Shown: in pieces, positions 54,574-64,000 of the stretch
Numbering within the stretch: position 1 is the first letter of the stretch
Layout of the letters: every line of letters begins with the position of its first letter
DNA from: Eledone cirrhosa
Lineage: Eukaryota
Assembly: GCA_964016885.1 (NCBI GenBank)
Contig: OZ024740.1
Coordinates: 248,868,001 to 248,932,000, forward strand
Direction of reading: 5' to 3'
Length of the DNA: 64,000 nt
The notes under the pieces: generated by a model
Databases searched by the model: none
What the model saw: the letters and a program-made list of their open reading frames with translations, nothing else
What the model was told of the DNA's origin: nothing
Program-made: the position numbers and the translations under genes

Positions 54574-56439
54574 TTAGGTAAGGCGGGTCTTCTCTATTAC
54601 TGTGTACCGCCAAAGATCTCGGTCCAGTGACATTGTCTTGGAGAGGTGTAAGTGTGTGAGGTCGGAATTTATCAAGTCGTCCCAGGTTTTTCTGGGTCTG
54701 CCTACTCCGTGGCTACCGTCTATTTTTATTGCCCTGCACTTTTTTATACAGCTGTCGTCTTTCATGCGCATCACTTGACCATACCAACGTAGCCTTCTCT
54801 CGAGTAAACAACATCTGATCCCTCTTATTTCTAATTTTCCCCTTAGTTCGTTAATGCTTTGCCGTTCATGTATATTACTATTACACATCCAGCGGAGCAT
54901 GCAAGCTTCGTTCCTCTCTAGTCTGCGTATATCCTCTGCACACAATGCCCAGATCTCACTGCCATGCAACATTGCTGTTCGTATGCAGGCATCATACAGC
55001 CTGCCTTTCATTTTTAGGGAGAACCCTTTAGCGGCTAATAGTGGTATAAGCTCTCTGAACTTTTTCAATCCAGTTCTGATTCTAGCTACTGTACTTTCAG
55101 AGCACCCTCCCCCACTGCTGATTTTGTCACCCATGTAACGGAAGCTGTCCACTATTTCTATAGAACCCTCTGTGCAATTGAAAGAGCTAGTATTCTGTGG
55201 GCACTTGCTGCTACTTATTGCACCAGAGCACCGGCCACATGTAAAATCTATGTTCTTAGTTAGCTTACCTGTGATCCCACTACATCTTTCATGCACCCAT
55301 TCTTTGCATTTGGGACATAAAATGGAGTTTCTACCTACGCCTTTCCTACACACTGAGCATGGCCATTTCCCGGAAGGGACCGTCGCCTTATTTTCTTTCC
55401 TACAAACTAGAACTTTAGTCTTAGCCAGGTTAATTTTAAGGCCTTTTGATTCTAGGCCGTGCTTCCATGTTTGGAATTTCTTCTCTAGCTCGGTCATTGA
55501 TTCAGCTATGAGCGTTAGATCATCTGCATATAGGAGTTCCCATGGGCAGCCGGTCTTGAACTCCTCTGTTATAGCCTGAAGGGCAATAATAAATAGTAGG
55601 GGGCTAAGATCAGAGCCCTGATGGACACCAACTTTTACGCTAAACTCTTCACTATATTCGTTGTTAATTCTAACCTTGCTGACTGTTTCTTTATACATGG
55701 CTTGTATAGCTCTGACAAGCCATTCGTCAACACCTAGTTTTCTAAGAGCCCACCAGATAATGGAACGGGGGACTCTGTCGAAGGCTTTCTCCAAGTCAAC
55801 AAAAGCTAAGTATAGGGGTTTACTTTTAGCTAGGTACTTCTCCTGTAGTTGTTGTACAGTGAAAAGAGCGTCTGTGGTACTTTTGCCTGACACAAACCCG
55901 AACTGCATTTCATCTAGATCAATTCTCTCTCTGATTAGTTGCGCTATTACTTTTTCTGTGACCTTCATGACCTGGTCGATTAATTTAATGCCTCTATAGT
56001 TACACCTATCTAGGGCATCTCCTTTACCCTTGTAACAGTTAATGATGATGCTGCTATGCCAGTCCTTCGGAACAACCCCATTCTGTATGACTTGGTTTAC
56101 TATCCGGGTGACCATGGTGTGTCCCACCGTTCCAGAGGTTTTCAGCATCTCAGCAACTATTTCTGAAGGCCCAGCCGCCTTACCCATCTTCATATCTTTG
56201 ATTGCCTTACTTATTATACTACCTTCGACTAACACTGCTGGTCCCTCTATTGGGTCGATGTGGGGGAGACTGTCCTTCTCCCATTTATTCTCCCCATTTA
56301 GTAGCCTTTCGTAGTGACACTTCCAAGCTACCTTCTTATCAGCGTCAGTGATGGCAAGTACACCATCATCATTAAGTACACACTTCTCCCCGACAATATC
56401 ACGGTTTTCCTTGACACATTGCCTAGCCATCCTGAACAC
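54574..56439 (-). CDS. RTE reverse transcriptase ORF with internal PHD finger (621 aa open)
   Basis: NYRGIKL, FVDLEKAFDRVP, GVHQGSDLSP, LYADD, C4HC3 finger, FRYMG, RRLRWYG, GRPRKTW. Confidence 0.85.
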   Translation of the reverse strand: MFRMARQCVKENRDIVGEKCVLNDDGVLAITDADKKVAWKCHYERLLNGENKWEKDSLPHIDPIEGPAVLVEGSIISKAIKDMKMGKAAGPSEIVAEMLKTSGTVGHTMVTRIVNQVIQNGVVPKDWHSSIIINCYKGKGDALDRCNYRGIKLIDQVMKVTEKVIAQLIRERIDLDEMQFGFVSGKSTTDALFTVQQLQEKYLAKSKPLYLAFVDLEKAFDRVPRSIIWWALRKLGVDEWLVRAIQAMYKETVSKVRINNEYSEEFSVKVGVHQGSDLSPLLFIIALQAITEEFKTGCPWELLYADDLTLIAESMTELEKKFQTWKHGLESKGLKINLAKTKVLVCRKENKATVPSGKWPCSVCRKGVGRNSILCPKCKEWVHERCSGITGKLTKNIDFTCGRCSGAISSSKCPQNTSSFNCTEGSIEIVDSFRYMGDKISSGGGCSESTVARIRTGLKKFRELIPLLAAKGFSLKMKGRLYDACIRTAMLHGSEIWALCAEDIRRLERNEACMLRWMCNSNIHERQSINELRGKLEIRGIRCCLLERRLRWYGQVMRMKDDSCIKKCRAIKIDGSHGVGRPRKTWDDLINSDLTHLHLSKTMSLDRDLWRYTVIEKTRLT

Positions 56440-58096
56440 CTCACGTTTTTGGTCCTCGCGTTGTAGAACATGCTTGAACTTTCCTCTGCTTCCCTTCTTG
56501 CGAAGTACACTTTCCTGGCCACTTGATAGTCTTCTCTACTTCCCCCATCCCGCCATACTTACCAAGCCTGCTTTTTGGCCTTAATTGACTCCTCCACCTT
56601 ACTGTTCCACCACCATGTTACTCTCCTCCTGCCTATAGGCCTTTTCCAGCCACAGACTTCGTCTGCCGCCATCAGCAGGTTTGCTTTCAGGAATTCCCAC
56701 TGTTCCTCTATATTGTACGACTCTAAATGCTCTTCCTTACTGTCGAAAGCATCAAGTAATATGCTTTTAAATTTATTTCTGGCTGTGGGGTCCTTTAGCT
56801 TCCATATTTTTCTTCTGAGGATAGTCCTCTTCTGCTGTCGAGTACGTCTCGTCCTGACTATGAGGTCGCTAATTATGAGTCTATGTTGGGAGGTGCATTC
56901 TTCATGGGGGAGGGATTTAGTGTTTACAACAGACACTCTGTCACGTCTTCTGGTAAGGATATAATCTACCTGGCTGGTATGTTCCCCTGATCTGTAGGTG
57001 ATCAAGTGATTGTCTTGTTTTTTTAAGTTAGTGTTACAGATAGTTAGGTTATTTGCATCACAGAATTCCAGGATTCTGGAGCCTTCCTCATTTCTAGTAC
57101 CAAACCCATAGCCTTCGTGGATTCCATCATAGCCGTCACAATGTTGTCCAACGTGACCATTTAGGTCGCCAGCAATAATTATATAGTCACTGTCGGTTAT
57201 TTGGGAGGTAGTGAGCATCAGTGTCTCATAGAAACTGTCTTTTATAGCGCCAGGCAGTCCGGATTGGGGCGCGTACGCAGATATTACCGTCACAGTAGTT
57301 CTATTTAGAACAAGTCTTATTTTAATTATTCTGTCATTCACTCTATTTACGTCTATTATCTTATCCACCCATTTTTATTTTTCTGCTAACATGATTCCTT
57401 TCCCACCCAGCCCATTGTCATTTCCCACCCAGAAAAGCTTATAGCATCGCTTTTTACCCACAATGAATCTAGCAGACCCGCCCCTCTACCTGGTCTCTTG
57501 GATACAGCAAACATCAACCTCCTTACGTTTAAGCATTTCTACAACCTCGTTAGAGCGGCCTTTTAAGGTGCCTACATTCATGGTACCAACTCTGAAGTTT
57601 TGGATTGCGTTTGGTGGGTGGGGCGCAGGGAGGGGTGAGGTGGATGGGGGTTGGGGTTATGTTGGCCATCCGCGGCCGCAACAAAGAGGAGGGGCCTTGC
57701 CTTTCGTCCGGCAGCATTAGGTGAATTTGTCGTTATCTTTGGCATTGTCTTCGGGTGTCCAGATTCTTCAGACTCTCCAGAAATTCCTTAGTCCATCCAT
57801 CATATCGAAAAGCAACCAGAAGTGATAGCATAGGCCGTTGACTTGTGATTGGTCCAAATAATAAGGTGGAGAGTGGGGGCGGGAGGGAGGGGTATGGGGT
57901 AGTTAGCGAGGAGCAGGCTTATTTATATTCGGTGCGTAGGGAGTGAGAGAGCGTCGTATATGATAGAGAGAGAGTGAGGGTGAAAGCGATTTTAGAGGGC
58001 CGAGAGAGAGAGAGGCCATTTCTATGAATCCTGGAAAAATTTTTCAGCCAAAATGGTAGCGAGAAGATTATTTAGAACAAGAAGGATTTTTTAGAA

Positions 58097-59523
58097 CAGA
58101 AAGGATTTTAGCACAACTAATTAGAGAAAGGGTCAAACTAGATGAGATGCAGTTTGGTTTTGTGCCTGGGAAGAGTACAAAAGATGCCCTCTTCTTGGTG
58201 AGACAAATGCAAGAGAGGTTCTTAGAGAAGAATAAGCCACTATACTTAGCCTTTGTTGACCTAGAGAAGGCCTTTGATAGGGTACCCTGATCTGTCATCT
58301 GGTGGTCCCTAAGGAAGCTAGGTGTTGAGGAATGGCTTGTGAGGACAGTGCAAACTTTGTACAGAGGTACTCTCAGTAAAGTCAGGGTAGGAATGGAGTT
58401 TAGTGAGGAATTCCAGATACAAGTAGGAGTACATCAGGGTTCGGTCCTCAGCCCGCTCTTGTTCATTATAGTCCTCCAAGCCATAACAGAGGAGTTTAAG
58501 ACTGGCTGTCCATGGGAACTTCTCTATGCTGACGATCTGGCTCTTATAGCAGAATCAGTAGAGGAGCTAGAGAATAAATTCCGGCTATGGAAACAGCAGT
58601 TGGAAGCAAGAGGACTGAGAGTAAATCTAGCTAAGACAAAAGTGTTGATGAGTAGAAAAGAGGACAAAACTCTGATTCCGTCAGGGAAATGGCCATGTTC
58701 GATATGCAGAAAAGGAACTGGCATAAATTCTATAAAATGCACACAATGCAGGTCCTGGGTACACAAGAGATGTAGCGGGATAGCAGGCAAACTAACAGGT
58801 AGGGAGAAATATGTATGCAGTAGATGTACAGGGAAATTAGACAGTAGAAGTCGCACTGATAGACACATTTTTCAAATGCGAGAGGGCGCTATAGAAGTGG
58901 TGGATAGCTTCCGGTACCTGGGAGATCAGATTAGCATGGGAGGAGGGTGTTCCGAGGCCATAGTATCTAGAATAAGGACGGGTTGGAAGAAGTTTAGGGA
59001 GCTGCTTCCTCTGTTGACGAAGAAGGGTTTCTCCCTGCGTACGAAAGGCCGGTTGTATGATGCCTGTGTGAGGAGCGCGATGCTGCATGGTAGTGAGACA
59101 TGGGCAGCAACTGCAGAGGATATGCGACGGCTGGAGAGAAATGAGGCAAGCATGCTCCGTTGGATGTGCAGTGTAAATGTGCGTGAACGACCCAGCATAA
59201 ATGTGTTGAGAGAGAAACTGTGTCTGAGAGGGATAGAATGTAGTGTACGGGAGAGGAGACTGAGGTGGTATGGACATGTGATGCGCATGGAGGATGACCG
59301 ATGGGTGAAGAAGTGCCAGGAAATGCCAGTTGAAGGAAGACGTGGTAGAGGTAGACCACGAAAAACATGGGCGGAGGTGGTGAGAACAGACCTCAGATCA
59401 TTGAAGCTCACGGTGGAGATGACGAGGGACCGTGACGAGTGGAGAGATGCTGTGCTGAATAAGACCCGTCCCACCCTTGCAAGCAGGGAAAAGCGGACGT
59501 AAAATGATGATGATGATGATGAT
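58097..59523 (+). mobile_element. 5'-truncated RTE LINE (family B), young
   Basis: ORF 58339-59502 (GVHQGSVLSP, LYADD, PHD); stop directly followed by (gat)n; gatttttagaacag-like sequence on both sides. Confidence 0.95.
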
Positions 59524-59829
59524 GAACGTGGAGAAGATTTTTAGAACAGTGAGACAGAATTATAGAAAGACAATTATGAATAAGATTTTGATTCTGGGCG
59601 ATTATAGATATATGGATGAATGAACCGAAGGGTGGGGAGTTAAGAAGAAAATGTTATTTGTACGTTACATTTCTTAGAAGCAGACTGACAATCAATAAGA
59701 GATGACAAATTCTGAGTTTTGTCCCCCGTAACAGGCTTATTTATATTTGGTGCATAGGGAGTGAGAGGGAGTGAGAGAGCGACGTATATGATAGAGAGAG
59801 AGTGAGGGTGAAAGCGATTTTAGAGGGCC

Positions 59830-59873
<44 letters not shown>

Positions 59874-59887
59874 TATATATGTATACA

Positions 59888-59972
<85 letters not shown>

Positions 59973-59982
59973 TATATATATA

Positions 59983-60210
59983 GCAAGAGATGTCAACATG
60001 AATGGACCTGTTATTTTTATCTAAAGACATTTTTTCCAATTCCATCCTGCCCGTCCCCTCAATCTTTCTTATTTCTCATTCTTTCTTCTGACGAAGGATT
60101 AGCGTCCGAAACGTTAAGACCCTCTTCCTGCTATATCAAGCGTTAACCTAATATATCCCTTCCATATACTGTACCGATTGTGTTGTTATTTCTGTTTACC
60201 TTTTACATAC
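59983..60210 (+). mobile_element. Solo PLE pseudo-LTR-like fragment between (TA)n tracts
   Basis: Contains the HHR at 60084-60119; flanked by microsatellite. Confidence 0.6.
60084..60119 (+). ncRNA. Ultra-minimal type I hammerhead ribozyme
   Basis: UCUU-CUGACGA-a-GGA(uuagcg)UCC-GAAA-CG-UU^AAGA. Confidence 0.75.
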
Positions 60211-60230
60211 ACATATATATGTATATATAT

Positions 60231-60730
60231 TAGGGCAATCCCAAACGTAAGGTCTCTAAAGCGATGGGGACGCAGAGAAACTGTTCGTACGGCTGTTGGC
60301 AACACTGTTGTGATTAGTGCTTCCTTCACTCCCAAACAAGCATGCACGCGCTTCGCTGAGATGCTCAATCTTGGCTTGGCAGCCGTTGAGAATGGAGCTC
60401 CTGTTGAATGCTACCGCCAAGTGCGAAGTTCACGCTGTTATTCGGTATTTGAACGCAAAAGGCGTTGAACCGATTGAAATTCGTCGCCAATTGACGGAAG
60501 TGTATGGACAGTCGTGCATAGATGTCAAAAACGTTCGCAAGTGGTGTAGAGAGTTTACACGGTTGTACTGAAATTCACGACGAACAAAGGAGCGGGAGAC
60601 CATCAATTTCCGACGAGACAGTTGCAAAGGTTGAGGAAAACATGCGTAAAGATCGGCGGATGACTTTAGATGCTCTCTGGGGTTCTGAGGTTTCCCGAAG
60701 CACCATCCACAGGATTTTAACAGAAAAATA
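60231..60730 (+). mobile_element. 5' fragment of a mariner transposon (N-terminal HTH)
   Basis: ATG at 60392: MELLLNATAKCEVHAVIRYLNAKG..PIEIRRQLTEVYG....VRKWCREF; after a frameshift DEQRSGRPS...DRRMTL...VSRSTIHRILTE; TIR-like TAGGGCAATCCCAAACGTAAGGTC. Confidence 0.85.
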
Positions 60731-61059
60731 TATATTCTCTCCATCTTAATATGCTAACCATACTCCCACACACACACACACACACGCACATATAACACCC
60801 ATACACATAAAACTCCCTCCCCCATTTCTACTAATAGAATCATTTTCCTACACACACACACACACACACATACATCAGCACACAAATAAAAATATATATC
60901 ACTATTTTCTTTATTTCAATAGAAAGTCTGAATTTTGACACTTCAGCACATCAGCCACACTCACTGAACCAGAACAATTTTTACGCGTCCTTTTTTCTTG
61001 ACCATTATCTTTAGTTTGGCACAAAATTCTCTAAATGGCTACAAAGAACACCCAAATAC

Positions 61060-61365
61060 GAACTGGTGCAGAATTTAATGTACTTATTCACATGACAGTC
61101 ATAACCAATCAAATTACATTTATGAAAAAACAACTTTTTTGAACCACTTTTTTAAGTGAAAAGAACCTTCAAACACGCGCGAAAGTTGATGTGCTTATTC
61201 ATGTGACTGCATCAACCAACCAAATTTCACTCATATATAAAAAAAAACAATCTGAGCCCCCCCCCCCCATATTTTAAAGGCAAATACAATAAGAACTCTA
61301 TAACGTGAACTGGTGCAACATTTATTATACTTATTCACGTGACAGTCATCAACCAACCAAATTAC
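61060..61365. repeat. Three degenerate direct repeats
   Basis: cttattca.gtgac.g.cat.aaccaa.caaatt at ~61083, ~61194 and ~61330. Confidence 0.55.
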
Positions 61366-61608
61366 TTGTCTAAAAAACCTAGCATTTTGAGCCACTTTTT
61401 TCCACAAAACAGAAGTAACATTCGAACACCAACCAGATGCGAGAAAAACCACAAACCCTCCATCTCAATTCTACTTTTGAAAAGCATAAGAACTGTGAAA
61501 CCAGTAAAGGAAACCAAATAATATTCTTAAAAAGACTCCAGTTGCATTTTCGATTTCATCTTTTTTCCTTATACTTTCACTCGTGTAGGACATTTTCTTA
61601 TATATCTA

Positions 61609-62870
61609 TCTAAGGCGGGTAAAATTCCTGAGATCCATGGACGAGTTCTCTCCAGTGGTCTCTGTCCCTCATTATTGCTGCCATGTCCTGCGTCTCCAAG
61701 AGACCAGTGTCTGTCCTTAGGGCATCAACATATGTTAACCTTGGTCTTGTTCTTCCAGTGTGTCCATGCAGAGGCTCCCACAGGAGCACTGAGTGCATTG
61801 TCAACTCTGGATGTCGGTGAGCATGTCCAGCTAACCTCAGTCTTCTCTGTGTCACTTTCGAGCTGACTTTTGGGAGGCTTCTGTACAGCTCTGAGTTCTT
61901 CATCCTCAGTGTATAGAGATTAATGTTCAGAGCCATCCTCAGCATTATGAGTCAGTTTCTTGGTCAGTGTCCAAGTCTCAGACCAATACAGCAGCATAGA
62001 CTCCACTACAGCAATGAAGAGACGGATCTTCAGGTCTTTACAAAGGTCCGACTTCCACACCGATCTCAAGCTTTGGCATGCCGCCCAGGCTTTGCTCTTC
62101 CTCTCGACCACATTATCTTCCGTATTCCAAATCTTTGCTCCCAAATACAGGAAGTGCTCAACCAATTCTAGTAGCTTCCCGCCTACATTAGTAATCTTCT
62201 CTGGCATCTTAATATTCTCTACCAGATATTTTGTCTTAATCTCATTCATTCTCAACGCCACACTCATCGACACAGTCTCCACCTCCTTCATCAAATCCTC
62301 TGCCTCCTTCACTGTGTTTGTCACCAGAACTGTGTCGTCGGTAAATTCAGCATCCGTTATCTTTTTCGCCTTAACTCTCCTGCTCTGAGCTGGTGTTACA
62401 GTAAAGCCAGAGTCCTAGTGTTTCTCCAGTGCAAGGCTCATGCAATAGTCCACTGCGATGATAAAAAGGTAGGGAGCCAATGTATCTCCCTGGAGCACTC
62501 CAGCCAGTATCTCAAAGAACTCATCCCAGCAGGTGTAATGACTTGGGCTTTGGTGTTGGTGTAGAGCAGTGATATCAGATCCACTAGCTTCTTGGGGATT
62601 CCATAAGTCTGTAAGATCTTCATCAGGCAGTGACAGTCCACAGAATCAAAGGCCTTCCTAAAGTCAACGAAAACCATGACCGCAGGAAGGCACTTTGCTC
62701 CAGCTCCCTCTAATCCTCCTCAGCATCAAGATGTGACTGGTCGTTGATCTTCCCTCTCTGAAGCCGTTCTGGTTGTCCCTGAGCTTCTTCTCGGGCTGGA
62801 TCCTGTTAAGAATTATCCTGTTGAGGGTCTTTGCCACAAGTGACGTCAGTGAGATCCCCCTGTAGCCGCC
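61609..62870 (-). mobile_element. Degenerate RTE-group LINE (family C, no PHD insert)
   Basis: YRGISL, QNGFR.GRST, FVDFRKAFDSV, GVLQGDTLAPYLF, FLYLG, QRRLRLAGHAHRHPE, LLWEP.HG. Confidence 0.88.
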
Positions 62871-62899
62871 TGATCTCCCTTACATATGTATATAGATTT

Positions 62900-64000
62900 A
62901 TATAAGTGGTAACACAACAGTTAGTTCACCATACCGAGAACAATTGTTTCACCTTAGCGGATCTTCAGTTAGTACTGGTCATGGTTATACGGAACAAGAA
63001 GAACAACCGTATGAATGCGCATGTGCAGAAACGTTCATTTCACCCAAGCGATACAAATCCTCGGGCGAAAGGTGTAAGGGAGATAACTGCAAAAGTCCAG
63101 AAAAGATGTTCAAGTTGATAAGAAAATTAGAATGTTGTTATTCAATCCGGAGCTTTGTAGTTATGCAAGAGGTGTTTCCAGACATGTGGACAACGTGAGA
63201 ATATTTCATTTCTTGGATTTGAGGCAATCACTATTGCGTAATCTCCTTAGAATATTTATCCTTTCTTCAATACACAGTTCACAAGACGGATTGCCCCTAA
63301 TGTATGGCTTGGACTTAGTGATGGCTTTCCATTGAATGGAGTAGTCTATACCTGAGTCCTTGAGGGACCATACGTGGCTCGCGAGTTTCATGGCTGATCG
63401 TTTGTCCGGGTACCTAAAGGTCGACTGATGGTTCAGGAAGCATTCCTTAAATCGGCCCGCCGCCATATCCACATAGGATTTGGCCTACTGTGGTTGATTT
63501 GGTCGGCTGGAAGTGACCACAGCTTCATAAACTACAGCGGGTGTGTTGCATTGCTGTTGAAGGGGACAAACTTCAGGCTTTCGGCAAGAGCATCCTGGTG
63601 AAGTGCCGCTCTTAGGACTGTTGGTGATGTGGGCCTTAATTTTCTTAGCGCAGGAGTACCCTGGTTTTACTCTGTGTCTGTTAAAGATGGAGCGGCATTT
63701 GTGAGCTATGGGAAAGTCTTTATCTAAGAGGGCTAAACATTTTTTTCCTACACTAGTTTTAACGTTGAGTGAGAAGGGAGGAGAGAACCAGATAGTTTGT
63801 CTATTGTTACGATTTCTTTTCTTATTGCTGTTGTTGTTAGTGGGGGAGTAAGTAATTGGTTGCGAGAAGCCGCTGTTAACTAACGTCGTGTTGTAGTAGG
63901 GTGCTGCTCTGTCAAAGATAGCCTTATTAGAGGAGAGGTTAGACATTCTAGTACTGATATTATTTACGAAGTTTCTAAAAACAGTAGGTGGGTGGCATGG
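62900..64000 (-). mobile_element. PLE 3' part (same type as 47340-52077), running off the window edge
   Basis: SNLSSN..IF..AAPYYN, WFSPPFSLNVKT, CSC-x5-CPL, VVYEAVV, FKE.F.NH, IQWK, CELCIEE; HHR at 62929-62978. Confidence 0.88.
62929..62978 (-). ncRNA. Type I hammerhead motif (canonical core, weak proximal stem I)
   Basis: Minus strand: CUGAAGA-u-CC(gcuaa)GG-u-GAAA-CAAUUG-UU; same CAAUUG stem III palindrome as 47801-47806. Confidence 0.6.

Larger units (their letters stand above)
54197..59832 (-). mobile_element. Apparently full-length RTE LINE (family A) with a family B element nested in its 5' region
   Basis: (cat)n tail at 54197; RT ORF 54574-56439 (YADD, PHD); AP endonuclease 56559-57600 (VGTMNVGTL, IQETR, YAPQ, AGDLNGHVG, QVDYIL); upstream ~90-bp direct repeat at 57916-58004 and 59734-59832; (TA)n on both sides. 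Extending the element beyond ~58005 is inferred. Confidence 0.8.

Overview
This window is AT-rich eukaryotic DNA, not prokaryotic. It is most likely from a coleoid cephalopod (octopus-like), inferred from the SINE, RTE and microsatellite landscape. The only host gene I can support is the first coding exon of ERMP1 (M28 metallopeptidase, 24117-24714, GT donor at 24715); I found no further exon in the remaining ~39 kb. Almost everything else is nested transposable elements in (TA)n, (CA)n and (CATA)n microsatellites. These include at least three RTE LINE families (two with a C4HC3 PHD finger inside the reverse transcriptase), an R4/Dong-like RLE element in a (CATA)n tract, and CR1-like, Gypsy, mariner and Helitron remnants, plus MITEs and tRNA-derived SINEs. 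The most striking structure is a dense set of Penelope-like elements (PLEs) and non-autonomous derivatives carrying minimal type I hammerhead ribozyme (HHR) motifs. About 10 copies have an intact CUGANGA...GAAA core, and several more keep the fold but have a non-canonical core. Five PLE insertions share one asymmetric fold-back architecture, including a 344-bp zero-spacer palindrome with one hammerhead on each strand. All folds and alignments were done by eye; no searches were run.
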